DNA of 64,000 nt, from the IMG/VR virus record IMGVR_UViG_3300028829_002978, positions 2,437 to 66,436 of that record, one strand, 5' to 3'. The number at the start of each line of letters is the position of its first letter. Position 1 is the first letter of the stretch. The position numbers were made by a program, and so were the translations under genes. Source of the DNA: a virus. Positions 45,459 to 56,555 of this stretch are shown here, piece by piece. The notes beneath the pieces were generated by a model. The model did no database searches, was not told where the DNA came from, and saw only the letters and a program-made list of their open reading frames with translations.

Positions 45459-47414
45459 TTATATTCCTGCTTTTTTACTAGCATTATTGTCTTTTACTTG
45501 ACCTTGAACACTGATTTTTTCTAGTTCTCTTTCATGACTTAGACCTTGTTCTTTTTCAAGATAATCTAAATCTTTAAGGTCACTATCACTATTACCTAAT
45601 CTTGCTTTAGCTTGTTCAACTGCTGTTTTTGCTTTCTTAAGCTCTACATCTACTGCATTCTCTGCACCTTTAGCTTGTTCATTATAAATTTGTGCTTTTA
45701 ATTTAGCAACATTTAATTGATGCATTTCTTCTGCTTGTTTCATTGTTGCCTCTTGTGCTGGATCTGGTTCAGGATTTTCAATCTTATAAGCAATATCAGG
45801 TTCTCCAATTAATTTCATATAACGACTTAGTAATGTTTGTTGTGCTGTTTGAGGCATATTAGGTCCCATTGTTTGTAGCACGAAACCAGTAGACTGTGCT
45901 TTAGATTCTCTAGTTTCTGCGCTCTCAAGTATAATTTTAATATTAAATTCACTAGCTCTTTGTGATTCTACAAAGGGTTTGTCAGTTATAGCTTCAACTT
46001 CTTCTGGTGATAAAAACTCCCTATTGTACTTACTAAATTTCTTTAGTATTGGGATAATACAATCTTGTGCAACACCTCTAGTTATAAGCATCTCTCTTTT
46101 AGCACTTGAAGAAGTAGTAGCACCAACAGCTGCAGCTGATGAACCTAAAGCGTTTCCACCTGTACCGTGGTTCATTTGACTTACACCTACTGCTGATTCT
46201 GCTGAACTTTCATTTTTATCTAATACTTGGAACACAGATGGGTTAAGACCTTTATATGAATCTTCATACACATCTGCCATAGACGTATTATACTCAAAAT
46301 CTAAACCTTGTTTCATCTTACGTAGATTAGTTTCATCTGTAAAACCTTTTTTAGTTCCAGTTTGTCCATTATTAGCTAATTTCATATCATCAAAAATACC
46401 TCTATATAATACAGATTCAATTTGTTGTTTCTTACCAGTTTTAGCTGCAAGAGGTTCTCCCCAAACTGCACCAGGTATTTTCTTATATACTGCTTTTTCA
46501 AATGGTATTTCTTGACCTGGTAATGGGTTCTCTTCTTCTCTAATAACTACATCACCAACCCATGCAATAACTATAGGTTCTACTATACCATCACCATTGA
46601 GATCATAATTTCCCCAATATTCATGAACAATAAGTTTTCTTCTTAATGCATCTTCAAACTTAAATGTTTCATCTGTAGTATCTCTACTTTGGTATGTTTC
46701 ATCTCGTTCTAATTCATCTAGTATCTTATCTAGATTTTTATACCTACCATCTTTTTTTAGTGTGCTTAAATCTGTCTCCCAATCATGAATTACAAATGAG
46801 GCTTTATTTAAGTCACCATTACATGTAGGGTCAACTCTAATGTCTATAGGGTCAATTAAAATTCTAGTTGGTCTATTTACAGTAGTAAACATTTTAGTAA
46901 CTGGTTTAGTACCTATCTGTGTAACTTGATTTGTTATAGGATGAGTAACTAAGATTGGTTCTTGGACCTCTCGTTCTTCTTCCTGGAAGTCCCAACCAGT
47001 CTTAACAAACGCTGTACCTTTTTCAGCTATGTAAGTCATTAAATCAGTCATAAAACTTTGATGATCTAGTGTTTGGATAAACTGGTATGTTAGTACTGTC
47101 TCTTCTTGTTCTGAGATTGCGTAATCTTTATGTGTGTAAGGTTTAGCATTAATAAGGTCTTGAGAACTAGTAAATGGATCTATTAGTGAAGGGATTTGCC
47201 AATCTAATAAATTTTTAGTTAAATCACTAACATACTTACTTTTATGATCTACTTCAGTACCATAGGGCTTAGAATCTCTTATTCCTTCCCAAGCAGCAAT
47301 CTTATTATCATTCTCATTTTTTGCAACCTCACTACCTTTATAATCAGCTTTTGCATGTAGTAGTAATTTACTACTATTTTTTTGTGAGTCACTTGTGTTA
47401 ACATCTGATGTCAT
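45459..47414 (-). CDS. Portal protein (N4 gp59-like)
   Basis: WQIPSLIDPF, GTAFVKTGW, DPTCNGD, HEYWG.YD..GDG...PIV.AW and EENP.P. Confidence 0.9.
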   Translation of the reverse strand: MTSDVNTSDSQKNSSKLLLHAKADYKGSEVAKNENDNKIAAWEGIRDSKPYGTEVDHKSKYVSDLTKNLLDWQIPSLIDPFTSSQDLINAKPYTHKDYAISEQEETVLTYQFIQTLDHQSFMTDLMTYIAEKGTAFVKTGWDFQEEEREVQEPILVTHPITNQVTQIGTKPVTKMFTTVNRPTRILIDPIDIRVDPTCNGDLNKASFVIHDWETDLSTLKKDGRYKNLDKILDELERDETYQSRDTTDETFKFEDALRRKLIVHEYWGNYDLNGDGIVEPIVIAWVGDVVIREEENPLPGQEIPFEKAVYKKIPGAVWGEPLAAKTGKKQQIESVLYRGIFDDMKLANNGQTGTKKGFTDETNLRKMKQGLDFEYNTSMADVYEDSYKGLNPSVFQVLDKNESSAESAVGVSQMNHGTGGNALGSSAAAVGATTSSSAKREMLITRGVAQDCIIPILKKFSKYNREFLSPEEVEAITDKPFVESQRASEFNIKIILESAETRESKAQSTGFVLQTMGPNMPQTAQQTLLSRYMKLIGEPDIAYKIENPEPDPAQEATMKQAEEMHQLNVAKLKAQIYNEQAKGAENAVDVELKKAKTAVEQAKARLGNSDSDLKDLDYLEKEQGLSHERELEKISVQGQVKDNNASKKAGI

Positions 47415-47438
47415 ATTATTCCTTTATTACAATTTATA

Positions 47439-47876
47439 CTATGGAGTAAAAGTAAGTATTTTACCATTTCGTCTAGGTCTTACATCTATATGTAGCCAAG
47501 AAACACCTAACTCAACTCCCCCAATAAAAGGAAATTCATCTGGGTTATCTAGAATATAATTTCTAATATCATCTACATTATACCGGGAAAAAATACAATC
47601 TATTGCTTTTCCGACACTATGTTGAGATCGTTCAGAGTAATACTTACTATCTTTTGTTCTTAGACCACTTTGACTTCTATTACCACTCCATAAGTAGTTA
47701 TTAATAGACATAGAACCATCATTAAACTTTTCTTTAAGCTTGTCTATAGTTTGGAGTAGTTTATCATCCAGGAGACCCCATAAGACATCTTCATGTGCTA
47801 ATTTTACTATAGCAGGAGAAACTAATTCTTCTATTTTAAAATATTTACTTTTTACTATTTGTGCCATATTAACCAC
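47439..47876 (-). CDS. Peptidase M15 endolysin
   Basis: YF...EL, SGLR, SQHSVGKAID and WLHIDVR zinc-binding motifs. Confidence 0.85.
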   Translation of the reverse strand: MVNMAQIVKSKYFKIEELVSPAIVKLAHEDVLWGLLDDKLLQTIDKLKEKFNDGSMSINNYLWSGNRSQSGLRTKDSKYYSERSQHSVGKAIDCIFSRYNVDDIRNYILDNPDEFPFIGGVELGVSWLHIDVRPRRNGKILTFTP

Positions 47877-48312
47877 CTATTCTATTTAATTGACTTATAA
47901 GATTTATAATCCATAAAACTAAACTACCTAACACACCAATAGTTAAGAACACCCCAGAACCAATCCAAAAGATTTTAAACCCTTTACGAATAGCATCTGA
48001 CATAACTTTTATATCTTCTTTAACATCGTTCATTTCTTTCTTAGTCACATACTTGTCCTCAAGACTTTTAATTTCATCTCTCATTGCAATTATCGCAACC
48101 TCTATTTTATTGTAAGTCTCTGTCTCTTCTTTACCATGTGTTTTAAACATTTCCATAAATGCAGACACTTGTTGAACAACTAATTTTATATTAGTATTAT
48201 TCTCCGATAGGTCTTTATCTGCTTCGTTAATTCGATCATGTACTTTAGCTTCTGACTCACGAAAAATCTTAGCCAGTTTATCCAGATCTGCTTTAACCTC
48301 TTTACTTCCCAT
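47869..48312 (-). CDS. Coiled-coil protein with a C-terminal TM (holin/antiholin-like)
   Basis: C-terminal hydrophobic segment IFWIGSGVFLTIGVLGSLVLWII; overlaps the endolysin gene. Confidence 0.5.
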   Translation of the reverse strand: MGSKEVKADLDKLAKIFRESEAKVHDRINEADKDLSENNTNIKLVVQQVSAFMEMFKTHGKEETETYNKIEVAIIAMRDEIKSLEDKYVTKKEMNDVKEDIKVMSDAIRKGFKIFWIGSGVFLTIGVLGSLVLWIINLISQLNRIGG

Positions 48313-48464
48313 AATACGCCTTGTTTAATTTTTATAAATATATTAACCCAATTATATCTAAATATTTTTAAAGTAAATTACTTTTTATATTTATTTTAAA
48401 AATACCTAAATTTTATATTCTACTACCACTAATGTGTGATAGTAAAATATTCACCATTTACAAC

Positions 48465-48725
48465 CTATTTCAAGGTATCTTTTTCTAATTCTAATTTTAC
48501 ATCGTTTCCCTCAACAAGCTTATAAGTACCAACTATAAATTTATCTGTAGTGTCTAAATGAAGCTTTTTAATTTGCTCTTCACTTACAAATGTAACTACA
48601 CCTTCTTTAACTACTTTATATATAACTTTAACATCATCTTTTGTGTACGTGTGTCCAGACACTACACCTGTACACCCACTAAACATTACTGCTAAACTTA
48701 TTACAACTAATACTAATTTTTTCAT
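48465..48725 (-). CDS. Lipoprotein (possible spanin component)
   Basis: Signal peptide with lipobox MKKLVLVVISLAVMFSG-C. Confidence 0.65.
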   Translation of the reverse strand: MKKLVLVVISLAVMFSGCTGVVSGHTYTKDDVKVIYKVVKEGVVTFVSEEQIKKLHLDTTDKFIVGTYKLVEGNDVKLELEKDTLK

Positions 48726-48727
48726 TT

Positions 48728-49096
48728 TTATATCTCCTTTAATTTAAAATCGAATGCACTCTCACCATGATCTTTTACAAAACTATAGTAAGTCATACAT
48801 CTATTCCTAGCCCATTTAGTAGGGTAGTACCATCTATTTACTGATTCAACTGCAAGAATTAAGTTATCAAAAAACTCCTCATCTGCTAGCTCTTTATCAT
48901 CTTCAGTTCCACCAAACTCATACCTATCATCATGACGACAACAAATAGGTGTTATATTAAGAAAAAAGATAGTATCAGGCACTAGGTTTTTATTCCACCC
49001 ACTACCACAACCATTACAATTTTTCTTTGGCATATAGCCAACTCTCTGAGAGAGATTGGTCATAGTATCTTTTGGTATTTGTAACAATTTAAACAT
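48728..49096 (-). CDS. Phospholipase A2-like (CxxHD) protein
   Basis: NGCGS...ICCRHDDRY..G....K..AD..F..N. Confidence 0.6.
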   Translation of the reverse strand: MFKLLQIPKDTMTNLSQRVGYMPKKNCNGCGSGWNKNLVPDTIFFLNITPICCRHDDRYEFGGTEDDKELADEEFFDNLILAVESVNRWYYPTKWARNRCMTYYSFVKDHGESAFDFKLKEI

Positions 49097-49652
49097 CTAG
49101 AATAATAGCTTCTAATTCTTCAGTAGTAGTACAAGCCTTAATCGCATCCCTTTTAGCTACCATCTCCCCCTCTTGTGTAGCTAAATAGTTTACTTTTGCT
49201 ATAACTGCATAGAGAAGTTCTGTTCTTTTTATTGGATCGTTTTGTACCATTGCATCTATTGTAGGTGTTGGTGTTGTATTATCTAAGTTCCAAGCCATAG
49301 CTTCATTTTGTTTTGTTGCAAATGTTGCTATTTCTCTTGCTGGATATTGTGATAAATAATCATCATAGTGTTTTTGGTACTCATCGTGAAGTTCATCTAT
49401 AGCTAGTTGTTGAGCTTCCTCAAAAGTAGGTAAACTTGCAATTCGTTCTGCTTCGATTCTATCAGCTTTTATCTGTTCCCAGCCATCAATGAGATTGAAT
49501 GTAGTACCATCATATTCATAGAGATCAATTGATTCTTTGAAATTAAAATCAGTTTGAAAGTAATTAGGATTTTTTTCTAAAAACTCTAACTCTTTACTTT
49601 GTGAAGCGATAATTTTTGAGATCACTTTATTGTTATTTATTAATACTAACAT
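49089..49652 (-). CDS. Tail fibre assembly-like protein
   Basis: YP..E..TF..K..EA.AW......PTP.I..M; ends AIKAC.T.EEL.AI. Confidence 0.65.
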   Translation of the reverse strand: MLVLINNNKVISKIIASQSKELEFLEKNPNYFQTDFNFKESIDLYEYDGTTFNLIDGWEQIKADRIEAERIASLPTFEEAQQLAIDELHDEYQKHYDDYLSQYPAREIATFATKQNEAMAWNLDNTTPTPTIDAMVQNDPIKRTELLYAVIAKVNYLATQEGEMVAKRDAIKACTTTEELEAIILDV

Positions 49653-50293
49653 TATACATTATCCTCCTCAACAATTAAAAGATTTATCTCTACTTTAAAT
49701 GTTCTTTGATATACAGGATAATGGTTATTATCTAGCATTACTGCTATAAAGTCTTCAACTGCATCAAAACGAATCTCTTCTTCTTCTAAAAGAACTACAG
49801 GATACTCCTCTAAATCTGCATCTAAATAGATTTTTTCATCTTCTGAAGTCCTACTATTTCCATCTTTTTCTGTAACAATCAAGGGCCTACCACTCGATAG
49901 ACCATTAAAGTTCATATACCCTATATATTGAACACTTTTATTATCTCCTAAATTAACATCAAAAGCATTTTCAGGAATATTTAAAGATGTAAACCTATTA
50001 TCTATTTGGCTACCACTAAAAAGTACATTAGTATTAGAAAAAGTTACTATATCTTGATCACTTATCCTTAATATTTTTGCTCGTTTACCTAGTGGTACTG
50101 TATATAAAATCTCAGATATATTTGGGGTAGTTATTTTATAAACTAACGAACCCATTTTAGTTTCTCCAGTACCATCAGTTGGGTGTACATACCCAACTAT
50201 TCCTGCATCTGACATTTCTTGTGTTAATACACCATCTTCTATTTCTGTTCCCGTAAATTCAAAACTGTAATTTATTTTTTCTAATCTTGCCAT
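49652..50293 (-). CDS. Tail-associated hypothetical protein
   Basis: Likely start at MARLEK (50293) with GGAGG RBS; LYTVP.GK.A motif. Confidence 0.6.
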   Translation of the reverse strand: MARLEKINYSFEFTGTEIEDGVLTQEMSDAGIVGYVHPTDGTGETKMGSLVYKITTPNISEILYTVPLGKRAKILRISDQDIVTFSNTNVLFSGSQIDNRFTSLNIPENAFDVNLGDNKSVQYIGYMNFNGLSSGRPLIVTEKDGNSRTSEDEKIYLDADLEEYPVVLLEEEEIRFDAVEDFIAVMLDNNHYPVYQRTFKVEINLLIVEEDNV

Positions 50294-50294
50294 T

Positions 50295-52706
50295 TTATAA
50301 TCCTCCGAATAATGCTTTTTCAAAAAGCGGTTTTGTCCCTGATGAAATAACGATATCACCAGCTCCCGTTACATCTTCACCATTTATTTTTTTGATGTTT
50401 GTACCACTTACTAACTTGTCTTGTTTGAGTGCTAACTTTGTTGTAACACTTGTTTTATCTTCTTTAAGACCCAGTTTTATATCTGTTTGATTTTGTGTAT
50501 ATTTATCTAAATCAGTAATATCTGTTTCTACTAGTGCCACATCACCAGTCTTACCAGCTACACTAAGTACTGAACTGTCTAGTCCATTATAAATAGGAAA
50601 ATCAAGATGTGTACCATCATTAAAACTTGTTCTATATGTGTCAGTAGCACCACTTTTTCCAGCTAAACCACTTGCATCTGTAGTGCTGTGAAATACATGA
50701 GTAGTTATAGATTTACCATTTTTAACAGTAAAAGTTGAAGTAATATTATCTGTATATGTGATAGTATAAGTATCAGTTAGCCCAGTGGTAGAAGTCTTAA
50801 CTGCTCCACCTAAGATACCTTTTCCTGTATCTCCTTTTTCACCTTTATCTCCTTTACCAAATGGTACACCTACTGACCAATCCCCACTAGTATCACTTTT
50901 CTTAAAATAAACTAATGTTGGGTCTTCATCTAGTGATAGGAAAGAAAAACCTGTTGCTGCTCCATCATAAGCAGTTCTACTAGCAATTGGACCTGATGCA
51001 GCAACTGTAAATGCCTCACCTCTATCACCTTTTAAACCTACTGGGATACCTAATGTTAAAACATTAGTTGTGCTATTATAACTTTGAGAAGGGGCTGAAC
51101 CACTTGTCAATTGTACAACTTCAACTGTTAAACCTGTTAATTGGTCTGTGTAAGATAAGGCTAATGCAGCTTGAGCTGTAGCAGTATCTGCATTCGCAGT
51201 TGCATTTTGTATTGCTACTAAATTTGCAATAATCTCATTTAAAGTTGGGATCGTATCAACAACAGTTCCAACATCATCCATATTATCACTTACTTGTCGA
51301 ACAGTACTTGAAGCATCTAAATCTAAGTCTGCTGCAAGGGTATTGATTGCTTCAATATTAGTACCCGCTTTAACAATATTACTCTCAATACCTTTAGCTA
51401 AATCTACTGCTAAGTCATTAACACTTGTTTCATTATTTGCTACTATATCAATATTTGTTTTATTATTATGTACACTGATAATACTGTTTAAGTTATTGTA
51501 GACTGCTAATAATTCAGTTAACTTATTATATAGTGTGATATCACCATTTGGTGTACCATTAGTATAAGTATCAACTAGTTCTGGTATACTTGATTGTAAC
51601 AGTAATAACTCATTTACACTATCGGCTAGCTTAATTAAATTATCAATATTGTTACCTAAAGCAATAACATCTCCGGCTCTCATAGCTAAAGTTTCTAATG
51701 CTGATGTAGTAACACCCCAGTAGTACATTGGTGATTCTTCTTTAAACGAACCACTAACTGCATGTAGTTGGATTCTCTCAATATTTGAATTTACCCCAAT
51801 AACATCATATGCTCTAACAATTTCACCAACAACTGGATCTGCAAAAGTAGCGATACTTGTATCCTTAAGTTTCTTTAAAAAAGCAGATTCAGCAACCCCA
51901 GCTTCTCTATGCTCAACAGTAGTAGTTGAAAATAAGTTAGCCCCTGTAGTTAATACAAAAGGTTCACCTGGAACATCACCTGTTAAGAGTATAGTTGTTC
52001 CTGTTGTTGAAGCAGTTACTGGCACTATACCATTTGTTTGTGTAACATTAATTTCTAATAGTAGCCCTGTAATAATATCAGAGACTGTTACTCCTACGCC
52101 TGCTGTGTATGAATAGTCTACATTGTTAATAGACACTGTGTACGTTGCATTATTTACAGGAGTAATACTACTAATAGTATCAACTTGTGCTAAAGCAGTT
52201 ACAATATCCACCTTATTAAATTGACTTAATAAATCTGCATGTGTACTAATAGTAACAGGAGTAGCATCAAATTCAAAATTTAATCTAATAACTTCACCAT
52301 CTACAAAAGTAACATCTGCATAATCATATTGCACTGTCTTAGTCGCATCAGTCCATATTGCTCTTGCATCACTTTCTACAGAATCAACATCTATACCTAT
52401 CATATTTAATGAGAGATTAATATCTGTTTTTCTGTTACCTAAGTAACTACCTTTCGCTAAATCTTCTGTTAACTCTATCAAATCCACTGTAGCTAATTCA
52501 GCTAGTTTTGCAGCTGATTCGTCACCTATATTTACTAACACTTCTGCTAGTACACTAAAGTCTACTCCTGAGTCGAGGATCGCAGCTAATTTAGTTACGT
52601 CTGGTATTACATCTGCAATTTTCTTAACATCATCGTAGGCACTATCATTAATACCATTACCTGTTGCAAGAGCTGTAGATCTAAAATTACTCATTCTTTT
52701 ACTCAT
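50295..52706 (-). CDS. Tail fibre / receptor-binding protein
   Basis: 803 aa with coiled-coil heptads, collagen-like GKGDKGEKGDTG, VLSVAGKTGDV and KQDKLVSGTNIKKING. Confidence 0.75.
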   Translation of the reverse strand: MSKRMSNFRSTALATGNGINDSAYDDVKKIADVIPDVTKLAAILDSGVDFSVLAEVLVNIGDESAAKLAELATVDLIELTEDLAKGSYLGNRKTDINLSLNMIGIDVDSVESDARAIWTDATKTVQYDYADVTFVDGEVIRLNFEFDATPVTISTHADLLSQFNKVDIVTALAQVDTISSITPVNNATYTVSINNVDYSYTAGVGVTVSDIITGLLLEINVTQTNGIVPVTASTTGTTILLTGDVPGEPFVLTTGANLFSTTTVEHREAGVAESAFLKKLKDTSIATFADPVVGEIVRAYDVIGVNSNIERIQLHAVSGSFKEESPMYYWGVTTSALETLAMRAGDVIALGNNIDNLIKLADSVNELLLLQSSIPELVDTYTNGTPNGDITLYNKLTELLAVYNNLNSIISVHNNKTNIDIVANNETSVNDLAVDLAKGIESNIVKAGTNIEAINTLAADLDLDASSTVRQVSDNMDDVGTVVDTIPTLNEIIANLVAIQNATANADTATAQAALALSYTDQLTGLTVEVVQLTSGSAPSQSYNSTTNVLTLGIPVGLKGDRGEAFTVAASGPIASRTAYDGAATGFSFLSLDEDPTLVYFKKSDTSGDWSVGVPFGKGDKGEKGDTGKGILGGAVKTSTTGLTDTYTITYTDNITSTFTVKNGKSITTHVFHSTTDASGLAGKSGATDTYRTSFNDGTHLDFPIYNGLDSSVLSVAGKTGDVALVETDITDLDKYTQNQTDIKLGLKEDKTSVTTKLALKQDKLVSGTNIKKINGEDVTGAGDIVISSGTKPLFEKALFGGL

Positions 52707-52723
52707 TTTTTCTCCTTTTGATT

Positions 52724-53356
52724 TTAAATATCAGAGTGTCGGTGTGTGGAACCTACACTGCTGATATCTTCTTTTAGACTCACATAAGCAGGAACAACCG
52801 CACTTCGTACAGTACCTAGATCTTTTATTCGTTTACAACTTGCTTCATATCTCATATAATGTGTATTGTTTTCAGCTTTAATATCACCATCCATTGATCC
52901 ATGTGCTCTATATCCAATATAATGTAAAAGAGGTTCTAGTAATTGAGGAGGTAGAGGTATTCTAGTATCTAAACTCATTTCATCTGTATAAACAATCCAT
53001 TTCGGCGCGGGTAAATAAACCACACTAAGAGTTGCTCCTGTTTCTGGGTTTGGTACTTGGATAGTTTCAAAATCTATTTGTAATACACTAAATAATGAGT
53101 CTTCATCATCTAATGTAAATTCATCCCCATCTTCGTCATATACACCTGTAATAGTCATTAAATCAGGGTTAAGTGTGTACTCAACAATATGACTATACAA
53201 TGGTATAATTTGTTCAGAAGATTTTAAGCTAAATCGTCCATACAATGCAATCAAAGCTAGATTTATATATGAAACTATTGCTTCTACATCATCTTTAACA
53301 GCTATTGATCTAAGTTCACCATATTTTAATTGTGATACTACGTCTCTTAATGTCAT
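52724..53356 (-). CDS. Head-tail adaptor (N4 gp67-like)
   Basis: L.YGEL, INLAL.ALY.RF.L, LP..LLEPLL.YI.YR. Confidence 0.75.
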   Translation of the reverse strand: MTLRDVVSQLKYGELRSIAVKDDVEAIVSYINLALIALYGRFSLKSSEQIIPLYSHIVEYTLNPDLMTITGVYDEDGDEFTLDDEDSLFSVLQIDFETIQVPNPETGATLSVVYLPAPKWIVYTDEMSLDTRIPLPPQLLEPLLHYIGYRAHGSMDGDIKAENNTHYMRYEASCKRIKDLGTVRSAVVPAYVSLKEDISSVGSTHRHSDI

Positions 53357-53413
53357 TGTATAAATCCTTATAATATTCTAATAAAATTATAGCGTAATTT
53401 TACTAGATTCTCC

Positions 53414-53632
53414 TTATTTTCCTGTAGCAGTTATAATTTTACAGTTATAACTCCCTACTGATTTAACTAAAGCTAGCGCTTTTCTATTAGTTAGACTCTC
53501 AGGAATAATTAGTTTATTAGGCTTTCTACCTTTAAATTTTAAAACTTTATTATTTCTACTTAAGATAAATGGTCTTGTAAATACCTCTTCTTCATTTTCC
53601 CATATTGCTACTATTACTACTTCTGTTTTCAT
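53414..53632 (-). CDS. Hypothetical protein
   Basis: 72 aa with AAGGA RBS. Confidence 0.55.
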   Translation of the reverse strand: MKTEVVIVAIWENEEEVFTRPFILSRNNKVLKFKGRKPNKLIIPESLTNRKALALVKSVGSYNCKIITATGK

Positions 53633-53641
53633 TTTAAATCC

Positions 53642-55309
53642 TTACACCACATCATACGATGAATCTATATTTTCCGGTATGTAATCATTTTTCCACACCG
53701 CATCATCTGTTTTATCTACCATAATTTCTTCACCTGGCTTCCAAGGGTCCATTACTGATAACATACTCACTGTATCTATAAAATCATCATGTTTACTTTT
53801 AAATCCTGATTTAGAGGCATTTGATAATTCTTCTAGTATTTCTCTCATCTCCACTGAGTCAATTAAATCTTTAGGAAATCTTATCTTTTTTAGTTTAAAT
53901 TGAGGTAAGATTGTGTGAAATCTAACCATTTTATTATCACCTCGTGAAGGTCTGATACCAGGTTCCCCATTGTTCTTATCACTAGCTAAATTAAATGTAA
54001 TGTTTCTTTCGATCATTAAGTTTTCAATCCAACTAATAAATCCACCTTGTTGACCTGAAACTTCTATTCCAACCTTCTGTGGTTTGTATTCTGAAACTAA
54101 TCTAAATACATCATTAATATTATCAATCATTAATTGTCTTTTAATTACACCATCTACCCAAAACCAATCACCATTATTAGTATAAGCCCAAACTGATATA
54201 ACACTAAAATCAGCTGATTCTTTTTGACTAGTAGCAAAATCTGTAGTAATATAGAAGTTATATCTATGTTTATTATCTCTAACCATATTAACTTGTTCAT
54301 ACCATCTAATATCATTCTCTTTAACTAGTCTATCTTCTTCTGACATAATTCTCAACATAAGCTCCTGGTTGAAGTTGGCTGGCATACCTAAAGCTTGCGC
54401 TTCCTCATACTCGTCTTTTACATACTCGTAGGTAAATCGATCAGGCCAAGATCCTCTAAAATCTTCTTCTGTTACTGGGTATTCTTCACAAATAGGAAAT
54501 ACTGATACTTGCCAGGCACCTGATTCAACTGCTAAGTATAATGGATCTTTTGCATTAAATGGAGTACCTAACCAAATCATCTTCTGTTTAGTAGGACTTA
54601 AAGCTTTAGATACCGCTTTATACACTGTATTCTTAATTGTAGCTATAATAGTTGCAGATTCTGCATCTGTATCAGATACCAAGTCATCTAATATTGCTAA
54701 TGTTGGTCTTTGTCCCATTTCTTTAGCACCTCGGACTCCTGTGGTCGCTCCATATCCTTTTACTACAGTTGTATGCCCCTTATGGTTTACAAACTCAAGA
54801 CGGATGTCTGTGAACTTCCTACCACCTGATACTTGTTTCTCGTATTCATCTGGATCTACATGTCCATCTCCATCTGTACCAATAGTAATCCTCTTATTAG
54901 GTATCAGTTTCTGTAAAAATTCACTATTTGCATATCTAAACTCAACATTACGTCTTAGATTCTTTACACCATTTTCAATAGAATCTGTAACATATAATAT
55001 AAGATTAGTTTTACCAAATCCTGGTACATAACCAAATGCTGCACAAAATAATATTAGGTACTCTGCAAATAACGTAGTTTTACCAATACCCCGGTGACAC
55101 AAAATAGCACATCTTTTTTCACCATTAAATACTGTATCCATCATTTTTAAATGGACAGGAGGAGTTTGGTTCTCTTCTTGCCCATTATTTACTTCTTTAA
55201 TAAAGTTTACAAATAATAACGCTTCAGCAGTTGGCATATAACCTTTAAATTCATAATCTGTGTCATTAAGGTGATGTTCCACAGGTTTCTTTATGTATTT
55301 AGTTGCCAT
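53642..55309 (-). CDS. Terminase large subunit (N4 gp68-like)
   Basis: HRGIGKTT, TGVRG, RP.LAILDDL, GTPFN, ITTDFA and HDDFIDTVS. Confidence 0.93.
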   Translation of the reverse strand: MATKYIKKPVEHHLNDTDYEFKGYMPTAEALLFVNFIKEVNNGQEENQTPPVHLKMMDTVFNGEKRCAILCHRGIGKTTLFAEYLILFCAAFGYVPGFGKTNLILYVTDSIENGVKNLRRNVEFRYANSEFLQKLIPNKRITIGTDGDGHVDPDEYEKQVSGGRKFTDIRLEFVNHKGHTTVVKGYGATTGVRGAKEMGQRPTLAILDDLVSDTDAESATIIATIKNTVYKAVSKALSPTKQKMIWLGTPFNAKDPLYLAVESGAWQVSVFPICEEYPVTEEDFRGSWPDRFTYEYVKDEYEEAQALGMPANFNQELMLRIMSEEDRLVKENDIRWYEQVNMVRDNKHRYNFYITTDFATSQKESADFSVISVWAYTNNGDWFWVDGVIKRQLMIDNINDVFRLVSEYKPQKVGIEVSGQQGGFISWIENLMIERNITFNLASDKNNGEPGIRPSRGDNKMVRFHTILPQFKLKKIRFPKDLIDSVEMREILEELSNASKSGFKSKHDDFIDTVSMLSVMDPWKPGEEIMVDKTDDAVWKNDYIPENIDSSYDVV

Positions 55310-55393
55310 AATGCGTTTCCTGTGGAACTGTATTACCTAACAACTGTTTACCATATAGTAGTTCTCTTCTATAACAACCTAATAACAATTCTT

Positions 55394-56167
55394 TTATAAA
55401 GTCCATTTATCATCTCCTGTTGGTAAGTCTAGGTTTTCAAGATCATCTAGTTTAGGTTCTTCAAATATTGTTTCTTCTAAATCAGCTTCTATAATCTCTT
55501 CTTTAGATGTTACTTTTATACTCGCGTTGGTAATCATCCCCAAATCACCACCTGCTCCAATAAGTTCTAGTTGTTTATCTACCATATTTCTCATTACTGT
55601 TTCATAATCATCAATAATACTACCCTCATTAATAGATATACCTAAATCAATTTTAGCAGTCTCTGGTGGTTTAGTATTAGCTAGAATGGTGTTACACGCA
55701 TTTACCTTAGCAATATCAGATCCAGATGTCATAGCTACGTGCAGGGCAATATTAAGAGCTTCCTGATGCATAGGTGCATTTAACACATGACTAGGAACTA
55801 TTGTTTGCTCAAATATCTGTACAACTAATTTATTCTTTTTATAGCTAGATACATAAGGTGCAATATCATCTCTAGTTTCACCTGAGTTAATAAGTCTTTG
55901 GTACCTTTCTGGGAAAGTGATAGCATAAGCATCTATATCTGTATGACCTATTAGCTTATATGATACAAATCTAACCGCATTCATATAATCATCTACTTTA
56001 AACCTACCTGTTTTTAATACTCCTATATATGAGAGCACATTGTCTTTAAATCCACCTAATAATTTAGGGTCATCATTCCAAGTATTCAATTTATCAACTA
56101 AATCTTGTGTTATCATAGATCTAGATTTTTTAGGTGCTACATCTCTTAATACATCTAATGTAATCAT
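55394..56167 (-). CDS. Terminase small subunit (N4 gp69-like)
   Basis: SY..VL..G.FK..DY.NAV.FVSYKL.G, FP.RY and KPPE motifs; upstream of the large subunit gene. Confidence 0.75.
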   Translation of the reverse strand: MITLDVLRDVAPKKSRSMITQDLVDKLNTWNDDPKLLGGFKDNVLSYIGVLKTGRFKVDDYMNAVRFVSYKLIGHTDIDAYAITFPERYQRLINSGETRDDIAPYVSSYKKNKLVVQIFEQTIVPSHVLNAPMHQEALNIALHVAMTSGSDIAKVNACNTILANTKPPETAKIDLGISINEGSIIDDYETVMRNMVDKQLELIGAGGDLGMITNASIKVTSKEEIIEADLEETIFEEPKLDDLENLDLPTGDDKWTL

Positions 56168-56298
56168 AATATTCTCTTTATATAACTATTCATTTATTAT
56201 CCTTTAGCTTATAAGCTTGGTATAGGTATTATATCATTTTATCCTTAATTTACCTAATAGTACGAAAAGTTATTATGAAGAGTGAAGGAAATCTGAAT

Positions 56299-56361
56299 AT
56301 TATAATCTTTATAAAGACAGACATAGGAGCGTAGCGAGTATGTGTCTGTTAAAGTTATAAT
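56299..56361. other. Long imperfect hairpin with a GAGCGTAGCGA loop (ssi/origin-like element)
   Basis: ATTATAATCTTT..ACAGACATA pairs with TATGTGTCTGT..AAAGTTATAAT, flanking GGAGCGTAGCGAG, in an ORF-free gap. Confidence 0.4.
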
Positions 56362-56555
56362 GTGAAGAATTCATGAGCGATGAGTAATAAGTTGAGGACG
56401 GTACAACTATTGTGCATCAACTGTACTAAAATTGTACGATAAAATCATTTACTTTTACTCCATATTTCGGTAATATATACCTATTATATTTGATTGTCTA
56501 TGCATGGAGTACAAATAGCCTTAGCGGACTCGAGCGGGAGGTTTGCCTCGAACTA

